In this document: one piece after another, positions 1-12,000 of the stretch
Numbering within the stretch: position 1 is the stretch's first letter
Layout of the letters: every line of letters starts with the position of its first letter
IMG/VR virus record: IMGVR_UViG_3300006919_000046
DNA: 64,000 bases
Reading direction: 5' to 3' (one strand)
Source of the DNA: an uncultured virus (IMG/VR IMGVR_UViG_3300006919_000046)
Lineage: Duplodnaviria > Heunggongvirae > Uroviricota > Caudoviricetes
Position numbers and translations under genes: made by a program
Notes under the pieces: model-generated
What the model saw: the letters and a program-made list of their open reading frames with translations, nothing else
Database searches by the model: none
What the model was told of the DNA's origin: nothing

Positions 1-1
1 A

Positions 2-1165
2 GTTGGTATCGGAACCACAATTCCAACTCAAACACTTGACGTAAATGGAACAGCAACTGTTCGTGATTCACTTTCCATTGGAACAACAACTCCAACAGCA
101 AAACTGACAATTGATGTTGGAACTGGAACTACTGCAATTGATGTTCAGGGATCTGCTGGTCAACTGTTCTCTGTTACCAATAATCTCACATCAGGTTCTA
201 TCTTCTCAGTCAATGATGTTTCTGGTATTCCAAGTATTGATGTAAATGCTGATGGAACTATTCAGTTAGCACCTTTTGGAAGCACTGAGAATGTCGGTAT
301 TGGAACGACAAATCCACAATCAAAACTAGATGTCATTGGTGATATTAAAATTTCTGGGGTTTCTACATTAGGAACAGTTCAAATTTCATCGGGTATCATC
401 ACTGCAACTTCTGGTGTTGTTACTTATTATGGTGACGGTTCAAATCTAACTGGAGTTTCCGCAGAATCTGTAGATTCTTATCAATTTAATACAGGAATTA
501 CAAGCAGTTTTTCCGCAGTTTTAACTGGAATTGGTGGTTCAATAATAACCTTCCCTTCTACAGCAGGAAAACAATACATAGTATATTCAATACATGCAGC
601 AAATGTTGCTGCAGGAAATACTGAAGTTAATGTAACAGGTGCCTTTGATTTTAATGGTGGAGAAAGATCTTACTTTGCATACAGCGTACCAATTCCTACA
701 GGTACTGGAATAGATCTTCTGATTCAGCCTCAAATATTAAATCCTTCAGACCAAATTGCAATGAGAGGTTTGGATTATGATAGAAATGGTGCTGATAGTG
801 TAGTTGAGGTACACGTATCATACCAAGAAAAGACAAGCACGGAGTATTTTGGCGTTGGATTTGGTACTGTTGGAATTGGAGTTACTGATCCAATTGGAAT
901 TTATACATCTTCAACTTATCCCAGTGTGATACAATCTATAAGACTTACCAATCGTACAGATACTGGTGCATATCCAATAAGTTTAAGTATTGCAAATGGA
1001 GTAAGTACTATAAGAATAGTAGACAATCTAATAATACCAAAATATGGTAGTGTTGAAATAATAGATAGCAGCCCTAAGAGGTTAAATCTTAATGATATAT
1101 TAAATGTTCAGGTAGATCAAACATCAACAATAGATGTACAAGTATCTGGAAAACAAATAGTATAA
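2..1165 (+). CDS. Tail fibre-like/virion structural protein, C-terminal part (5' end lies outside the window)
   Basis: Frame is open from position 2 (VGIGTTIPTQTLDVNG... VGIGTTNPQSKLDVIG... YYGDGSNLTG) and in frame with track ORF 761..1165. VGIGTT and GDGSNLT motifs are typical of cyanomyophage fibre proteins. Confidence 0.75.
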   Translation, partial: VGIGTTIPTQTLDVNGTATVRDSLSIGTTTPTAKLTIDVGTGTTAIDVQGSAGQLFSVTNNLTSGSIFSVNDVSGIPSIDVNADGTIQLAPFGSTENVGIGTTNPQSKLDVIGDIKISGVSTLGTVQISSGIITATSGVVTYYGDGSNLTGVSAESVDSYQFNTGITSSFSAVLTGIGGSIITFPSTAGKQYIVYSIHAANVAAGNTEVNVTGAFDFNGGERSYFAYSVPIPTGTGIDLLIQPQILNPSDQIAMRGLDYDRNGADSVVEVHVSYQEKTSTEYFGVGFGTVGIGVTDPIGIYTSSTYPSVIQSIRLTNRTDTGAYPISLSIANGVSTIRIVDNLIIPKYGSVEIIDSSPKRLNLNDILNVQVDQTSTIDVQVSGKQIV

Positions 1166-1205
1166 TAAACTCTTCATAAATAAAATGACATAAAATTCAT
1201 TTATA

Positions 1206-1820
1206 ATGAGACGTAGTATTATTATACTTGATGGTTTTTATTCTGAACCAGATAAGATAAGAAAAATAGCATTAAACTCACCATATCCCGATCCCAGTGA
1301 TCAGTACACATATCCAGGAAAAAATTCACAAGACAACTACTATCCCCCAGAACTTCACAATAGATTTGAGTCAATTCTCAATCGCAAACTCATTCCAGCA
1401 CAACCCAACGGATACTTTAGATTGTCGTTGGAGTCAGACTCTTATCGCCAAGATGTTCATGTAGATCCGACATGGGAATTTGGTGCTGTTTGTTATCTCA
1501 ATCCACCAGAACAATCTATTGATGAAGGTGGGACCTCATTTTGGATGCATAATAAAACTAAAATGGAAAGGTGTCCACAAACAGACAAAGAAGCAAATCA
1601 TTATGGTTATTTCTCATCAAAAGAAGCATGGAATACAACTGTTTATGGAGAAGGACTAGATAGATCAAAATGGACTAGATACTTATTGTCCCCAATGAAT
1701 TACAATCGTATTGTAATATTCAGAGCTGACTTATGGCATTCTCATAATTATAATTTTGGCAATTCTCTAGAAAATGGTCGATTAGTTCAATTATTCTTTT
1801 TTAATCCCACTGGTTGGTGA
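1206..1820 (+). CDS. 2OG-Fe(II) oxygenase-like protein (DUF6445-like)
   Basis: HVD...WHS...R motif pattern, plus GGTSFW and YNRIVIF segments. Confidence 0.7.
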   Translation: MRRSIIILDGFYSEPDKIRKIALNSPYPDPSDQYTYPGKNSQDNYYPPELHNRFESILNRKLIPAQPNGYFRLSLESDSYRQDVHVDPTWEFGAVCYLNPPEQSIDEGGTSFWMHNKTKMERCPQTDKEANHYGYFSSKEAWNTTVYGEGLDRSKWTRYLLSPMNYNRIVIFRADLWHSHNYNFGNSLENGRLVQLFFFNPTGW

Positions 1821-2644
1821 ACATGAACAAAAAATATTATTTTATGGCGGGTCTTCCAAGATCAGGAAGCACTTTATTAAAGAGTATTCTTAATCAAAAT
1901 CCAATACTCCATACAGAACCCGTTAGTCCAGTTTTAGAACTAACTCATTATAACAATGAGTATTTTAAGGATAGTGAACAATATCTGGGATACCCAAAAC
2001 CAAAGTCCGCACATAAAGTCATTTCAAGTATTATTAACAATTATTATGTGGAAGTAGAAAAACCAATAATTATAGATCATTGTCGGGCCTGGAGTAACAA
2101 CATTGAAATGATAAAAACTTTTATCACTCCCTTTCCCAAAATTATCTGTCCAGTAAGAAATATTACAGAAATATTGACATCTTTCATTGAATTAATAAAT
2201 CGTAATTCAGATCAGGTATCATTCGTAGACCAATATCTTATTGAACATAATTTACCAATCAACAATGACAATCGTTGCCATTATTTGATGAGTAAAGATG
2301 GGATTGTCGAACAAGCATTGTGGGCTCAATCTCAAGCTTTTATAAGGGGTGATGGTAAAAAATATCTACACATGGTAGAATATGAAGATTTGATTAATTT
2401 CCCAGAAAAAACATTGGCAGATATCTACAATTTCTTAGAGTTGGATTACTATTCTCACAATTTTAACAATATTGAGAATACTCATAGAGAGATTGATGAC
2501 CAATGGTATCTCAAGGACATGCATCATGTAAGAAAAAGACTTGAAAAAAAATCAAAATCACCTCAAGATGTTTTATCCCAAGAGATCATAAATACCTACA
2601 GCAACTTAGAATACTGGAAAAATTATAATCATAGGTATTATTAA
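1814..2644 (+). CDS. Sulfotransferase family protein
   Basis: N-terminal GLPRSGSTLL (5'-PSB loop), ICPVR...SF (3'-PB), and YEDL...IYNFLEL. Confidence 0.85.
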   Translation: MVNMNKKYYFMAGLPRSGSTLLKSILNQNPILHTEPVSPVLELTHYNNEYFKDSEQYLGYPKPKSAHKVISSIINNYYVEVEKPIIIDHCRAWSNNIEMIKTFITPFPKIICPVRNITEILTSFIELINRNSDQVSFVDQYLIEHNLPINNDNRCHYLMSKDGIVEQALWAQSQAFIRGDGKKYLHMVEYEDLINFPEKTLADIYNFLELDYYSHNFNNIENTHREIDDQWYLKDMHHVRKRLEKKSKSPQDVLSQEIINTYSNLEYWKNYNHRYY

Positions 2645-2646
2645 TT

Positions 2647-3300
2647 ATGGGTATAATGATAGGATTACCCTGCGGAGGTGGGGTTGTAAGTGAAAAGACA
2701 ACTGTTGGATTATTTAATTTAGGAAAAACATTAATTAGAAATGATATAAATCATGGGTTATTAACCCTTTCTAACTCATCTTTGATTACTCAGGCAAGGT
2801 CAAAGATAGCAAATTTTTTTATTAACAATACAGAACATGATTATCTTCTCTTCTTGGATAGTGATATTGGATTCGAATCTGAAGATGTAATTAAACTACT
2901 TTCACATCAAGTTCCAATAGTATCTGGTGCTTATCCAATGAAGGTAATCCCGGAAAGATATTGTGTAGAAGTATCTCAACCAGAAAGAAGAGATGGTAAT
3001 TTACTTAAAATAAATGGAAATGGAATGGGATTTGTTCTCATTCATCGCCAGGTATTCTTAGAAATTGCAAGAAAATATCCAGATCTAAAATATATTCCTT
3101 CGGACTATCATTCAGATACTCCACACACATGTGGAGAAATTAGAAACTCATATCATTATTTTGCTGAACATAAGTCCAAAAATGGGTTTATGTCGGAGGA
3201 CAAAAGTTTTTTTTACAGAGCTTCGCAAGTAGGATATGATATTTGGTTAGACACAAGTATTCATTTAAATCACACAGGTTATCACATTTATCAGGGGTAG
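2647..3300 (+). CDS. GT-A fold glycosyltransferase-like protein
   Basis: LLFLDSDI DxD motif, GMGFVLIHRQVF, SEDKSF and LNHTG. Confidence 0.75.
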   Translation: MGIMIGLPCGGGVVSEKTTVGLFNLGKTLIRNDINHGLLTLSNSSLITQARSKIANFFINNTEHDYLLFLDSDIGFESEDVIKLLSHQVPIVSGAYPMKVIPERYCVEVSQPERRDGNLLKINGNGMGFVLIHRQVFLEIARKYPDLKYIPSDYHSDTPHTCGEIRNSYHYFAEHKSKNGFMSEDKSFFYRASQVGYDIWLDTSIHLNHTGYHIYQG

Positions 3301-3304
3301 TATT

Positions 3305-5752
3305 ATGAAATCTGGAGCAACTGAAACATCTTATTTTTATCTACAAGAGCATTATTCATTTCCGGAGAATGTATTTGTTTCTCATATTCCACAAGAAATA
3401 AAAAAATCAAATCAAGAATACAAAATTTTATGGGCACATCATGCTTATGACCAACCATTATTTTTAGATTTTGATCACAATATTGTAAATCACATTGTTT
3501 CTCCGTCTCAATGGAATAAGGAACAGTTTATTATACACCACAATGTTCCAGAAGACAAGATCAGTGTAATACCAAATGGTGTTGCAGATATGTTTTCTTA
3601 TTCAGATAAAAAAACAAAAACAATGATCTATACTTCTGTACCATATAAAGGTTTGGAAGTGTTGGCAAAAGTCATTCCAAGAATTCAAGAACAACATCCT
3701 GATGTAAAGTTTAAAATCTTTTCATCAATGTCATTATATGGACCTGGACCAGATAATTTTTTAAGCATTTATGATCATCTAAAAAAAATACCAAATGTTG
3801 AATATTCTGAAGCAGTTGATAGGGAAGACCTAGTAAAGCAATATCAAGAATCTGCATTTTTTATCCACCCTTGTATTTGGGAGGAGACATTTGGAGTTTC
3901 AATGGGAGAAGCAATGCGTTGCGGTTCTTATCCAATAATTACAAATATTGGAGCACTTTCTGAGGTTGCTGGAGAAAGAAATGCAACAGTTGTTCCCATT
4001 GATGGCGAGAACACTTCAAGTGGGTGGAAAATTACTGATAAATTTATCATAGATTTTACAAATGCTTGCTGTAAAGCACTTGATTATTATGATCATCAAC
4101 CTAAATTTTATAAAGAAGTTTCAAAGATTATATCAGATCATGTTGTAGAAAAGTACAATTGGAAAGATATTGCAGAGCAGTGGAGGAATCTAATTGTTCA
4201 AATTACTCAAGTTTACTTTCAACCAGATAGTTTCGATTCTGAAATTTATAAAGAAGTATATTTAAAGAATGAATATAAAATAAAAGAATTTTCAGAAAAT
4301 GATATTGTTATTGATATTGGTTCCCATCGTGGATATTTTGCCAAGTTATGTTTAGATAAAGGATGTAAAAATATTACATGTTATGAGGCAAATAAGAATA
4401 ACTACGAATATCTCCTAAAAAATCTCAAGAATTATGAAGGGTGGAAAGCAAATAATATAGCAGTTTGGAAAGAAAACTCAGAAAATGTTATATTTTATAA
4501 CCATAATTGCTATAACACAGGCGTAAATTCTTTTTACAAACATCCACAATCCATAGACTTTCCAGAAAAAATTGAAGAAGTAAATGTAAAAACAGTTTCT
4601 CTTGACTACATACTGAAAGATTTTGAGAAAGTGAGTCTACTCAAAATTGATGCTGAAGGTTCTGAGTATGAAATACTAATGAATTCAAGTCTTATTGAGA
4701 AAATTGAGAATATTGTTGGTGAATATCATGAATTATCTTCTTGCCATACAAATTTTGATATTGAAGGAAAAACCATAAAGGATTTAATTCAATTTTTGGA
4801 AAGTAAAAATTTCATTATACATAATATAGAAAATACGCCTTATAAAACAGGAATATTTTTTGCAACACGTCAATCAAAAATGAAAGAAAAAACTATGTCT
4901 ACTGAAAACTCTTCCGCGTTGACTTATAATCCCATAGATTCTAAAAAGGCGGTGAATGATGAAGAATATCTTCGTCAAGCATCTGAAAATGTTCTTAAGT
5001 GGGAAGAAAGTGACAAAGAAATGGCACAGGGTCGAACTAACTTCCAAATAGAAAAGTTTATTGGTCTCGACACTCATAATATCTCTGTTTCTTTTGAACA
5101 CATTCTAAAAGAACGTCGCATAATGGCAACAGGATATATGTTTAAGCTTATTGAAATGAAAGAAAAAGTTCGCGAATTTGAATATAAGTGGAAAAATCAT
5201 GAGGACAAGTCCCAACCTCTTATGTGGGAAGTTAGTGGACCTGGTGGTGGAGGAAAGAAACTTTGTTGGTATGATTTGGATGAATTAGAACTGACTCATT
5301 ACTTAAAAGGAAGTGAAATTGAAATTCGCGATAGACTTTATCAAATGGAACATTTAGATAAAATTCTCGAAAAACTTGTTGCACAAAATGGAGGCAATCC
5401 TCCAAATAGAGAGCAATTCTTAGAGGAGAATCAAAATTATTGGGATACCCGTCTTGCAGAGCAAGCATTGGATGATTTGATGGCAGCACAAACTGGAATT
5501 TCTGGCGCAAATATTCAAGCAATGCGTCGTGCTTCTGCACCATCAATAATCGATCAAAGAAATAATCTCAAAGAAGGTTATCTCCCAATGGATAAACTTA
5601 TGGATCAAAGAGGACGTATGGAATTCATTGGAGACTTACAAAGTAAGGTGTTGAAAGGTTATGAGAAACTAACCGGAACTGACTTGGGATACGGTGCAGC
5701 AATTAAACCAGCGGAAGAAAATAAAAAAATCTTTGGACAAGGATTTAAATAA
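3305..5752 (+). CDS. Fusion protein: GT4 (GT-B) glycosyltransferase + FkbM methyltransferase + helical C-terminal domain
   Basis: VIPNGV, YKGL and EETFGVSMGEAMRCG indicate GT4. IDIGSHRG and LLKIDAEGSEYEIL indicate FkbM. An unrelated helical domain starts near 4895 (MSTENSS...). Confidence 0.8.
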   Translation: MKSGATETSYFYLQEHYSFPENVFVSHIPQEIKKSNQEYKILWAHHAYDQPLFLDFDHNIVNHIVSPSQWNKEQFIIHHNVPEDKISVIPNGVADMFSYSDKKTKTMIYTSVPYKGLEVLAKVIPRIQEQHPDVKFKIFSSMSLYGPGPDNFLSIYDHLKKIPNVEYSEAVDREDLVKQYQESAFFIHPCIWEETFGVSMGEAMRCGSYPIITNIGALSEVAGERNATVVPIDGENTSSGWKITDKFIIDFTNACCKALDYYDHQPKFYKEVSKIISDHVVEKYNWKDIAEQWRNLIVQITQVYFQPDSFDSEIYKEVYLKNEYKIKEFSENDIVIDIGSHRGYFAKLCLDKGCKNITCYEANKNNYEYLLKNLKNYEGWKANNIAVWKENSENVIFYNHNCYNTGVNSFYKHPQSIDFPEKIEEVNVKTVSLDYILKDFEKVSLLKIDAEGSEYEILMNSSLIEKIENIVGEYHELSSCHTNFDIEGKTIKDLIQFLESKNFIIHNIENTPYKTGIFFATRQSKMKEKTMSTENSSALTYNPIDSKKAVNDEEYLRQASENVLKWEESDKEMAQGRTNFQIEKFIGLDTHNISVSFEHILKERRIMATGYMFKLIEMKEKVREFEYKWKNHEDKSQPLMWEVSGPGGGGKKLCWYDLDELELTHYLKGSEIEIRDRLYQMEHLDKILEKLVAQNGGNPPNREQFLEENQNYWDTRLAEQALDDLMAAQTGISGANIQAMRRASAPSIIDQRNNLKEGYLPMDKLMDQRGRMEFIGDLQSKVLKGYEKLTGTDLGYGAAIKPAEENKKIFGQGFK

Positions 5753-5754
5753 GA

Positions 5755-6255
5755 ATGAATGAAAGAATAATTGTGGTTGATGACTTCTATGATATTCCAT
5801 ATCACTATCATAGAGGTTTTTTTGAGAACGAATGTGTACTTACTCATGAGACTGTTGGTAAAATATCTCAAATTTTAGGTGGTCCAATTAGTGTCATAGA
5901 AGCAACAAACGAAAAAAACACAAATTCTGGGGTTGTGGCACATCTTAAATGTGATTGGATTGCCGTAATTTATATGTCATTACCCCTAGAAGCATTTGGA
6001 GAGTTGGGAATTAAATTTTATTCACATAAACAAACTGGTTTGGAGGTATTTCCTTCTCAAGAGGAAATTAAATATCTTCAGATTAAAGAAGATTGTTTAA
6101 AAAATATTTTTAGTTCTGATCCAGAATTGTGGAAAGAGTATGGTTGCATTCCTGCAAGATATAATCGCATGGTTATATTTAAAGGCAATATTTGGCATTC
6201 ATACAATCTAAATAATAATATTAAGTATCAAAAAATATTAATAAATCATGCCTGA
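5755..6255 (+). CDS. Shorter, degenerate paralog of the DUF6445-like oxygenase
   Basis: IIVVDDFY start and YNRMVIFKGNIWHS, matching 1206..1820. The HxD motif is altered. Confidence 0.6.
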   Translation: MNERIIVVDDFYDIPYHYHRGFFENECVLTHETVGKISQILGGPISVIEATNEKNTNSGVVAHLKCDWIAVIYMSLPLEAFGELGIKFYSHKQTGLEVFPSQEEIKYLQIKEDCLKNIFSSDPELWKEYGCIPARYNRMVIFKGNIWHSYNLNNNIKYQKILINHA

Positions 6256-9088
6256 TACCAGAGGAATATTTTCTTTTCAAGATATATCCGAATTTAAACT
6301 TTCCAATCAATGGGTTCCTCTGGATGAAGTTTGGATAGTACCTCCCCCAAGTTCTCCAAACACTGGTTACTTTGGTGGTGGCGGTTTTCCTACAGTATCA
6401 ACAATGGATAAGGTCACTTATTCAACAGATACTACAGGAGCAGTTCCTGGTGCAGATTTAAGTGTAGCACGTTATGGTCTTGCTGCAACAGGTAATGGTA
6501 CCAACGGTTACTTTGGTGGTGGTAGTCCTACCACAGCAACAATGGATAAGGTCACTTATTCCACTGATACCACAGTAGCAGCTCCTGGTGCCAATTTAAG
6601 TTCAGCACGTTATGGTCTTGCTGCAACAGGCAATAGTACCAACGGTTACTTTGGTGGGGGACGTTTACAAAAATCAACAATGGATAAGATCACTTATTCT
6701 ACAGATACCACAGCAGCAGTTCCTGGTGCAGATTTAACGCAAGGAAGATATTTTCTTGCTGCAACAGGCAATAGTACCAACGGTTACTTTGGTGGTGGTG
6801 ACAATCTTCCCGGCCCCTATGTAGCAACAATGGATAAGGTCACTTATTCTACTGATACCACAGGAGCACTTCCTTCTAGTGGCAATGTAAGTTCAGCACG
6901 TCGCGGACTTGGTGCAGCAGGAAACTCAACACACGGATACTTTGCTGGTGGTAATATTCCTGGTACAGTATCAACAATAGATAAGATCACTTATTCCACT
7001 GATACTACAGTAGCAGTTCCTAGCGTCTATTTAAGTGATACCGGGGATGGAATAACTGGATCTGGAAACTCAACAGACGGATACTTTGCTGGTGGTAGTC
7101 CTAGCAAAGCAACTCTAGATAAGATTAATTACTCGACAGAGACCGTATCAGAACTCACATCATCTCCATTAAGTGCAGCAAAAAGATATCGTGGCGCATC
7201 AAGTGCTAGGGCAAATGGACTTCCTGTAATAGAACCTCTAGCAACTAGATTTTCTGATGGTGCTCTTCCGACACCAAACACTGGTTACTTTGGTGGTGGT
7301 GCTCCTAACACAGCAACAATGGATAAGGTCACTTATTCTACTGATACCACAGCAGCAGTTCCTAATGCCAATTTAAGTGTAGCACGTGCTTATCCTGCTG
7401 CAACAGGTAATAGTACTAATGGTTACTTTGGTGGTGGTACTCCTATCACAGCAACAATGGATAAGGTCACTTATTCAACAGATACCACAGCAGCAGCTCC
7501 TAGTGCAGATTTAAGTGTAGCACGCTATGTTCATGCTGCAACAGGCAATAGTACCAATGGTTACTTTGGTGGTGGTAGAATCCCTGATACCACAGCAACA
7601 ATGGATAAGGTCACTTATTCCACTGATACCACAGCAGCACTTCCTTCTAGTGCAGATTTAAGTGTAGCACGCGGTTTTATTGCTGCAACAGGTAACAGTA
7701 CCAATGGTTACTTTGGTGGTGGGCAGCCTGGTCCATTCGCAACAATGGATAAGGTCACTTATTCCACTGATACCACAGCAGCAGTTCCTGGTGCAGATTT
7801 AAGTGTAGCACGTTATGGTCTTGCTGCAACAGGTAATAGTACCAACGGTTACTTTGGTGGTGGTAATCCTAGTACAGCAATAATGGATAAGGTCACTTAT
7901 TCCACTGATACAACAGCAGCAGCTCCTAGTGCCAATTTAAGTGTAGCAAGATTTTATGTTGCTGCAACAGGTAATAGTACCAATGGTTACTTTGGTGGTG
8001 GTAATTCTGTTCCAGTATCAACAATGGATAAGGTCACTTATTCTACTGATACAACAGCAGCAGTTCCTGGTGCAGATTTAAGTGTAGCACGGCGTGCTCT
8101 TGCTGCATCAAGTGCTAGGGAAAATGGACTTCCTGTAATAGAACCTCCAGCACCAACTCCAACATCTTCTACTGTTTCTGCTCAATTACCAAACACTGGT
8201 TACTTTGGTGGTGGTGAACTTCTTCCCGGTACTACAGCAATAATGGATAAGGTCACTTATTCAACAGATACCACAGCAGCAGCTCCTAGTGCCAATTTAA
8301 GTGCAGCACGTTACACTACTGCTACAGGTAACGGCACCAATGGTTACTTTGGTGGTGGGTTTCCTGGTCCAGTAGCAACAATGGATAAGGTCACTTATTC
8401 CACTGATACCACAGCAGCAGTTCCTGGTGCAGATTTAAGTGTAGCAAGATATGGTCATGGCGCAACAGGTAATAGTACTAATGGTTACTTTGGTGGTGGT
8501 TCATCTCCCGGTAAAGTATCAACAATGGATAAGGTCACTTATTCCACTGATACCACAGCAGCAGCTCCTAGTGCCAATTTAATTAATGAATTTAATAGAA
8601 TTTCTGCAACAGGCAACACTACCAATGGTTATTTTGGTGGTGGGGGAGTTCCTATCTTAGTAACAATTGATAAGGTCACTTATTCTAACGATACAACATC
8701 AACACTTCCTTCTAGTGCAAATTTAAGTGTAGCACGTTGGGTTACTGCTGCAACAGGTAACAGTACCAATGGTTACTTTGGTGGTGGTACTCCTGGTTCA
8801 AAGTCAACAATGGATAAGGTCACTTATTCCACTGATACCACAGCAGCAGTTCCTGGTGCGAATTTAACTTTAGCACGTAATGGTCTTGGGGCAACAGGTA
8901 ATAGTACCAGCGGTTACTTTGGTGGTGGTAGAACTAGTCCAGTATTATCAACAATGGATAAGGTCACTTATTCTACTGATACCACAGCAGACGTTCCTGG
9001 TGCATATTTAACCGTGGAACGTAGGTATGTTACCGCATCAAGTGCTAGGGCAAATGGACTTCCATTAGCAGCACCAGTTTATTTGTAA
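6248..9088 (+). CDS. Kelch-like repeat protein 1 (18 repeats, 3 x 6-blade propellers), probable virion adhesin
   Basis: Repeated LSxARxxxAATGNSTNGYFGGG-x-TMDKVTYSTDT unit. ASSAR[A/E]NGLP follows every sixth repeat. Confidence 0.75.
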   Translation: MPDTRGIFSFQDISEFKLSNQWVPLDEVWIVPPPSSPNTGYFGGGGFPTVSTMDKVTYSTDTTGAVPGADLSVARYGLAATGNGTNGYFGGGSPTTATMDKVTYSTDTTVAAPGANLSSARYGLAATGNSTNGYFGGGRLQKSTMDKITYSTDTTAAVPGADLTQGRYFLAATGNSTNGYFGGGDNLPGPYVATMDKVTYSTDTTGALPSSGNVSSARRGLGAAGNSTHGYFAGGNIPGTVSTIDKITYSTDTTVAVPSVYLSDTGDGITGSGNSTDGYFAGGSPSKATLDKINYSTETVSELTSSPLSAAKRYRGASSARANGLPVIEPLATRFSDGALPTPNTGYFGGGAPNTATMDKVTYSTDTTAAVPNANLSVARAYPAATGNSTNGYFGGGTPITATMDKVTYSTDTTAAAPSADLSVARYVHAATGNSTNGYFGGGRIPDTTATMDKVTYSTDTTAALPSSADLSVARGFIAATGNSTNGYFGGGQPGPFATMDKVTYSTDTTAAVPGADLSVARYGLAATGNSTNGYFGGGNPSTAIMDKVTYSTDTTAAAPSANLSVARFYVAATGNSTNGYFGGGNSVPVSTMDKVTYSTDTTAAVPGADLSVARRALAASSARENGLPVIEPPAPTPTSSTVSAQLPNTGYFGGGELLPGTTAIMDKVTYSTDTTAAAPSANLSAARYTTATGNGTNGYFGGGFPGPVATMDKVTYSTDTTAAVPGADLSVARYGHGATGNSTNGYFGGGSSPGKVSTMDKVTYSTDTTAAAPSANLINEFNRISATGNTTNGYFGGGGVPILVTIDKVTYSNDTTSTLPSSANLSVARWVTAATGNSTNGYFGGGTPGSKSTMDKVTYSTDTTAAVPGANLTLARNGLGATGNSTSGYFGGGRTSPVLSTMDKVTYSTDTTADVPGAYLTVERRYVTASSARANGLPLAAPVYL

Positions 9089-12000
9089 TATCACAAATCA
9101 CAATTACATAATCTAAATAATAATATTAAGTATCAAAAAATATCAATAAATCATGCCTGATACCAGAGGGATATTTACATTTAAAAAAATATATAATTTA
9201 AAAGTTACTGATAATGGTATTCCTCTGGATGAGGTTTGGATATCACCCTCACCATTTTTGACTTCTACTCCAAACACTGGTTATTTTGGTGGTGGTATTA
9301 CTCCCGCCGTAACTGCAACAATGGATAAGGTCACTTATTCAACAGATACCACAGTAGCAGTTCCTGGTGCAAATTTAACTGGTGGTCGTAGATATATTGC
9401 CGCTACAGGAAATAATAATAATGGTTACTTTGGTGGGGGTGGCACTCCTTCTGCGGTATCAATAATGGATAAGGTAAATTATGTGACAGAGACCACATTA
9501 AGATCACCTAGTGCAAATTTAACTGCAGTACGTTTTAGTCATGGCGCAACAGGTAATAGTACCAATGGTTACTTTGGTGGTGGTAGACTCCCTTCTACCA
9601 CAGCAACAATGGATAAGGTCACTTATTCCACTGATACCACAGCAGCAGTTCCTGGTGCAGATTTAAGTTTGGCACGTTTTAATCTTGCTGCAACAGGTAA
9701 TAGTACTAATGGTTACTTTGGTGGTGGTCTTCCGGGTTCAAGGTCAACAATGGATAAGGTCACTTATTCAACAGATACCACAGCAGCAGTTCCTGGTGCA
9801 GATTTAAGTCTAGCACGACATAGTCTTGCTGCAACAGGTAATAGTACTAATGGTTACTTTGGTGCTGGTACTGGTCCATCAGCATCAATAATGGATAAGG
9901 TCACTTATTCCACTGATACCACAGGAGCACTTCCTTCTAGTGCAAATTTAAGTTTAGAGCGTTATGGTTATGGCGCAACAGGCAACAGTACCAATGGTTA
10001 CTTTGGTGGTGGTGGTTTTCCTCTCACAGCAACAATGGATAAGGTCACTTATTCAACAGATACCACAGCAGCAGTTCCTGGTGCAGATTTAAGTGTAGCA
10101 CGCGGTTTTCTTGCTGCATCAAGTGCTAGGGCAAATGGACTTCCAACAGGAACATTTTCTTCAGAACCTTTAAGTTTGCCTCCAAATAGATTTTCTGATG
10201 GAATTTTTTCAACTCCAAACACTGGTTACTTTGGTAGTGGTGATATCTTTGGTCCAAAAACAACAGTGGATAAGATCACTTATTCCAACGATACCACAGG
10301 AGCAGTTCCTAATGCATATTTAAGTGTAGGACGTAATGGTCTTACTGCAACAGGTAATGGTGCTGATGGTTACTTTGGTGGTGGTAGTGGTTTTTCATCA
10401 ATCGAAAAAATCACTTATTCCACTGATACCACAGCAGCACTTCCTTCTAGTGCCAATTTAAGTGGAGCAAAATATGGTGTTGCTGCAACAGGAAACAGTA
10501 CCAATGGTTACTTTGGTGGTGGCGATTTTCCTGCAGTATCAACAATGGATAAGGTCACTTATTCCACTGATACCACAGCAGCAGTTCCTGGTGCAGATTT
10601 AAGTGTAGCACGTTTTGGTGTTGCTGCAACAGGTAATAGTACTAATGGTTACTTTGGTGGTGGTAGGTCTTCTTCCAATGACGTAACAACAATGGATAAG
10701 GTCACTTATTCGACAGATACCACAGCAGCAGTTCCTGGTGCAGATTTAAGTGTAGCACGTCGTGTACTTGCTGCAACAGGTAATAGTACCAATGGTTACT
10801 TTGGTGGGGGTCTTCCTACCACAGCAACAATGGATAAGGTCACTTATTCCACTGATACCAGAGCAGCAGTTCCTGGTGCAGATTTAAGTGTAGCACGTTC
10901 TTATCCTGCTGCAACAGGTAACAGTACCAATGGTTACTTTGGTGGTGGGCAGCCTACCACAGCAGCAACGGATAAGGTCACTTATTCAACAGATACCACA
11001 GGAGCACTTCCTTCTAGTGCCAATTTAAGTCTTGGCCGCGCAAATCTTGGCGCATCAAGTGCTAGGGCAAATGGACTTCCTGTAATAGAACCTCCAGCAC
11101 CAACTCCAACATCTTCTACTTTTTCTGCTCAATCACCAAACACTGGTTACTTTGGTGGTGGTGTTCCTGGTCCAGTAGCAACAATGGATAAGGTCACTTA
11201 TTCCACTGATACAACAGCAGCAGCTCCTGGTGCCAATTTAAGTGCAGCACGTTATGGCGTCGCAGCAACAGGTAATAGTACCAATGGTTACTTTGGTGGT
11301 GGTGCTTCTCCTATCACAGCAACAATGGATAAGGTCACTTATTCAACAGATACCACAGCAGCAGTTCCTAGTGCAGATTTAAGTGTAGCACGCTTTTATC
11401 TTGCTGCAACAGGTAATAGTACCAATGGTTACTTTGGTGGTGGTTCTCCTAACACAGCAATAATGGATAAGGTCACTTATTCGACAGATACCACAGGAGC
11501 ACTTCCTTCTAGTGCCAATTTAAGTGTAGCAAGATTTTATCTTGCTGCAACAGGCAATAGTACCAACGGTTACTTTGGTGGTGGTTCTCCTACCACAGCA
11601 ATAATGGATAAGGTCACTTATTCCACTGATACCACAGCAGCAGCTCCTAGTGCCAATTTAAGTGTAGCAAGATTTTATCTTGCTGCAACAGGCAATAGTA
11701 CCAACGGTTACTTTGGTGGTGGTATTCCTGGTCCAGTAGCAACAATGGATAAGGTCACTTATTCCACTGATACAACAGCAGCAGCTCCTGGTGCAGATTT
11801 AAGTGTAGCACGTTGGGTTTTTGCTGCAACAGGAAACAGTACTAATGGTTACTTTGGTGGTGGTCTTACTGGCCCATTAGCAACAATGGATAAGGTCACT
11901 TATTCCACTGATACCACAGCAGCAGTTCCTGGTGCAGATTTAAGTTTAGCACGTTATGGTCTTGCTGCATCAAGTGCTAGGGCAAATGGTCTTCCAGTAA

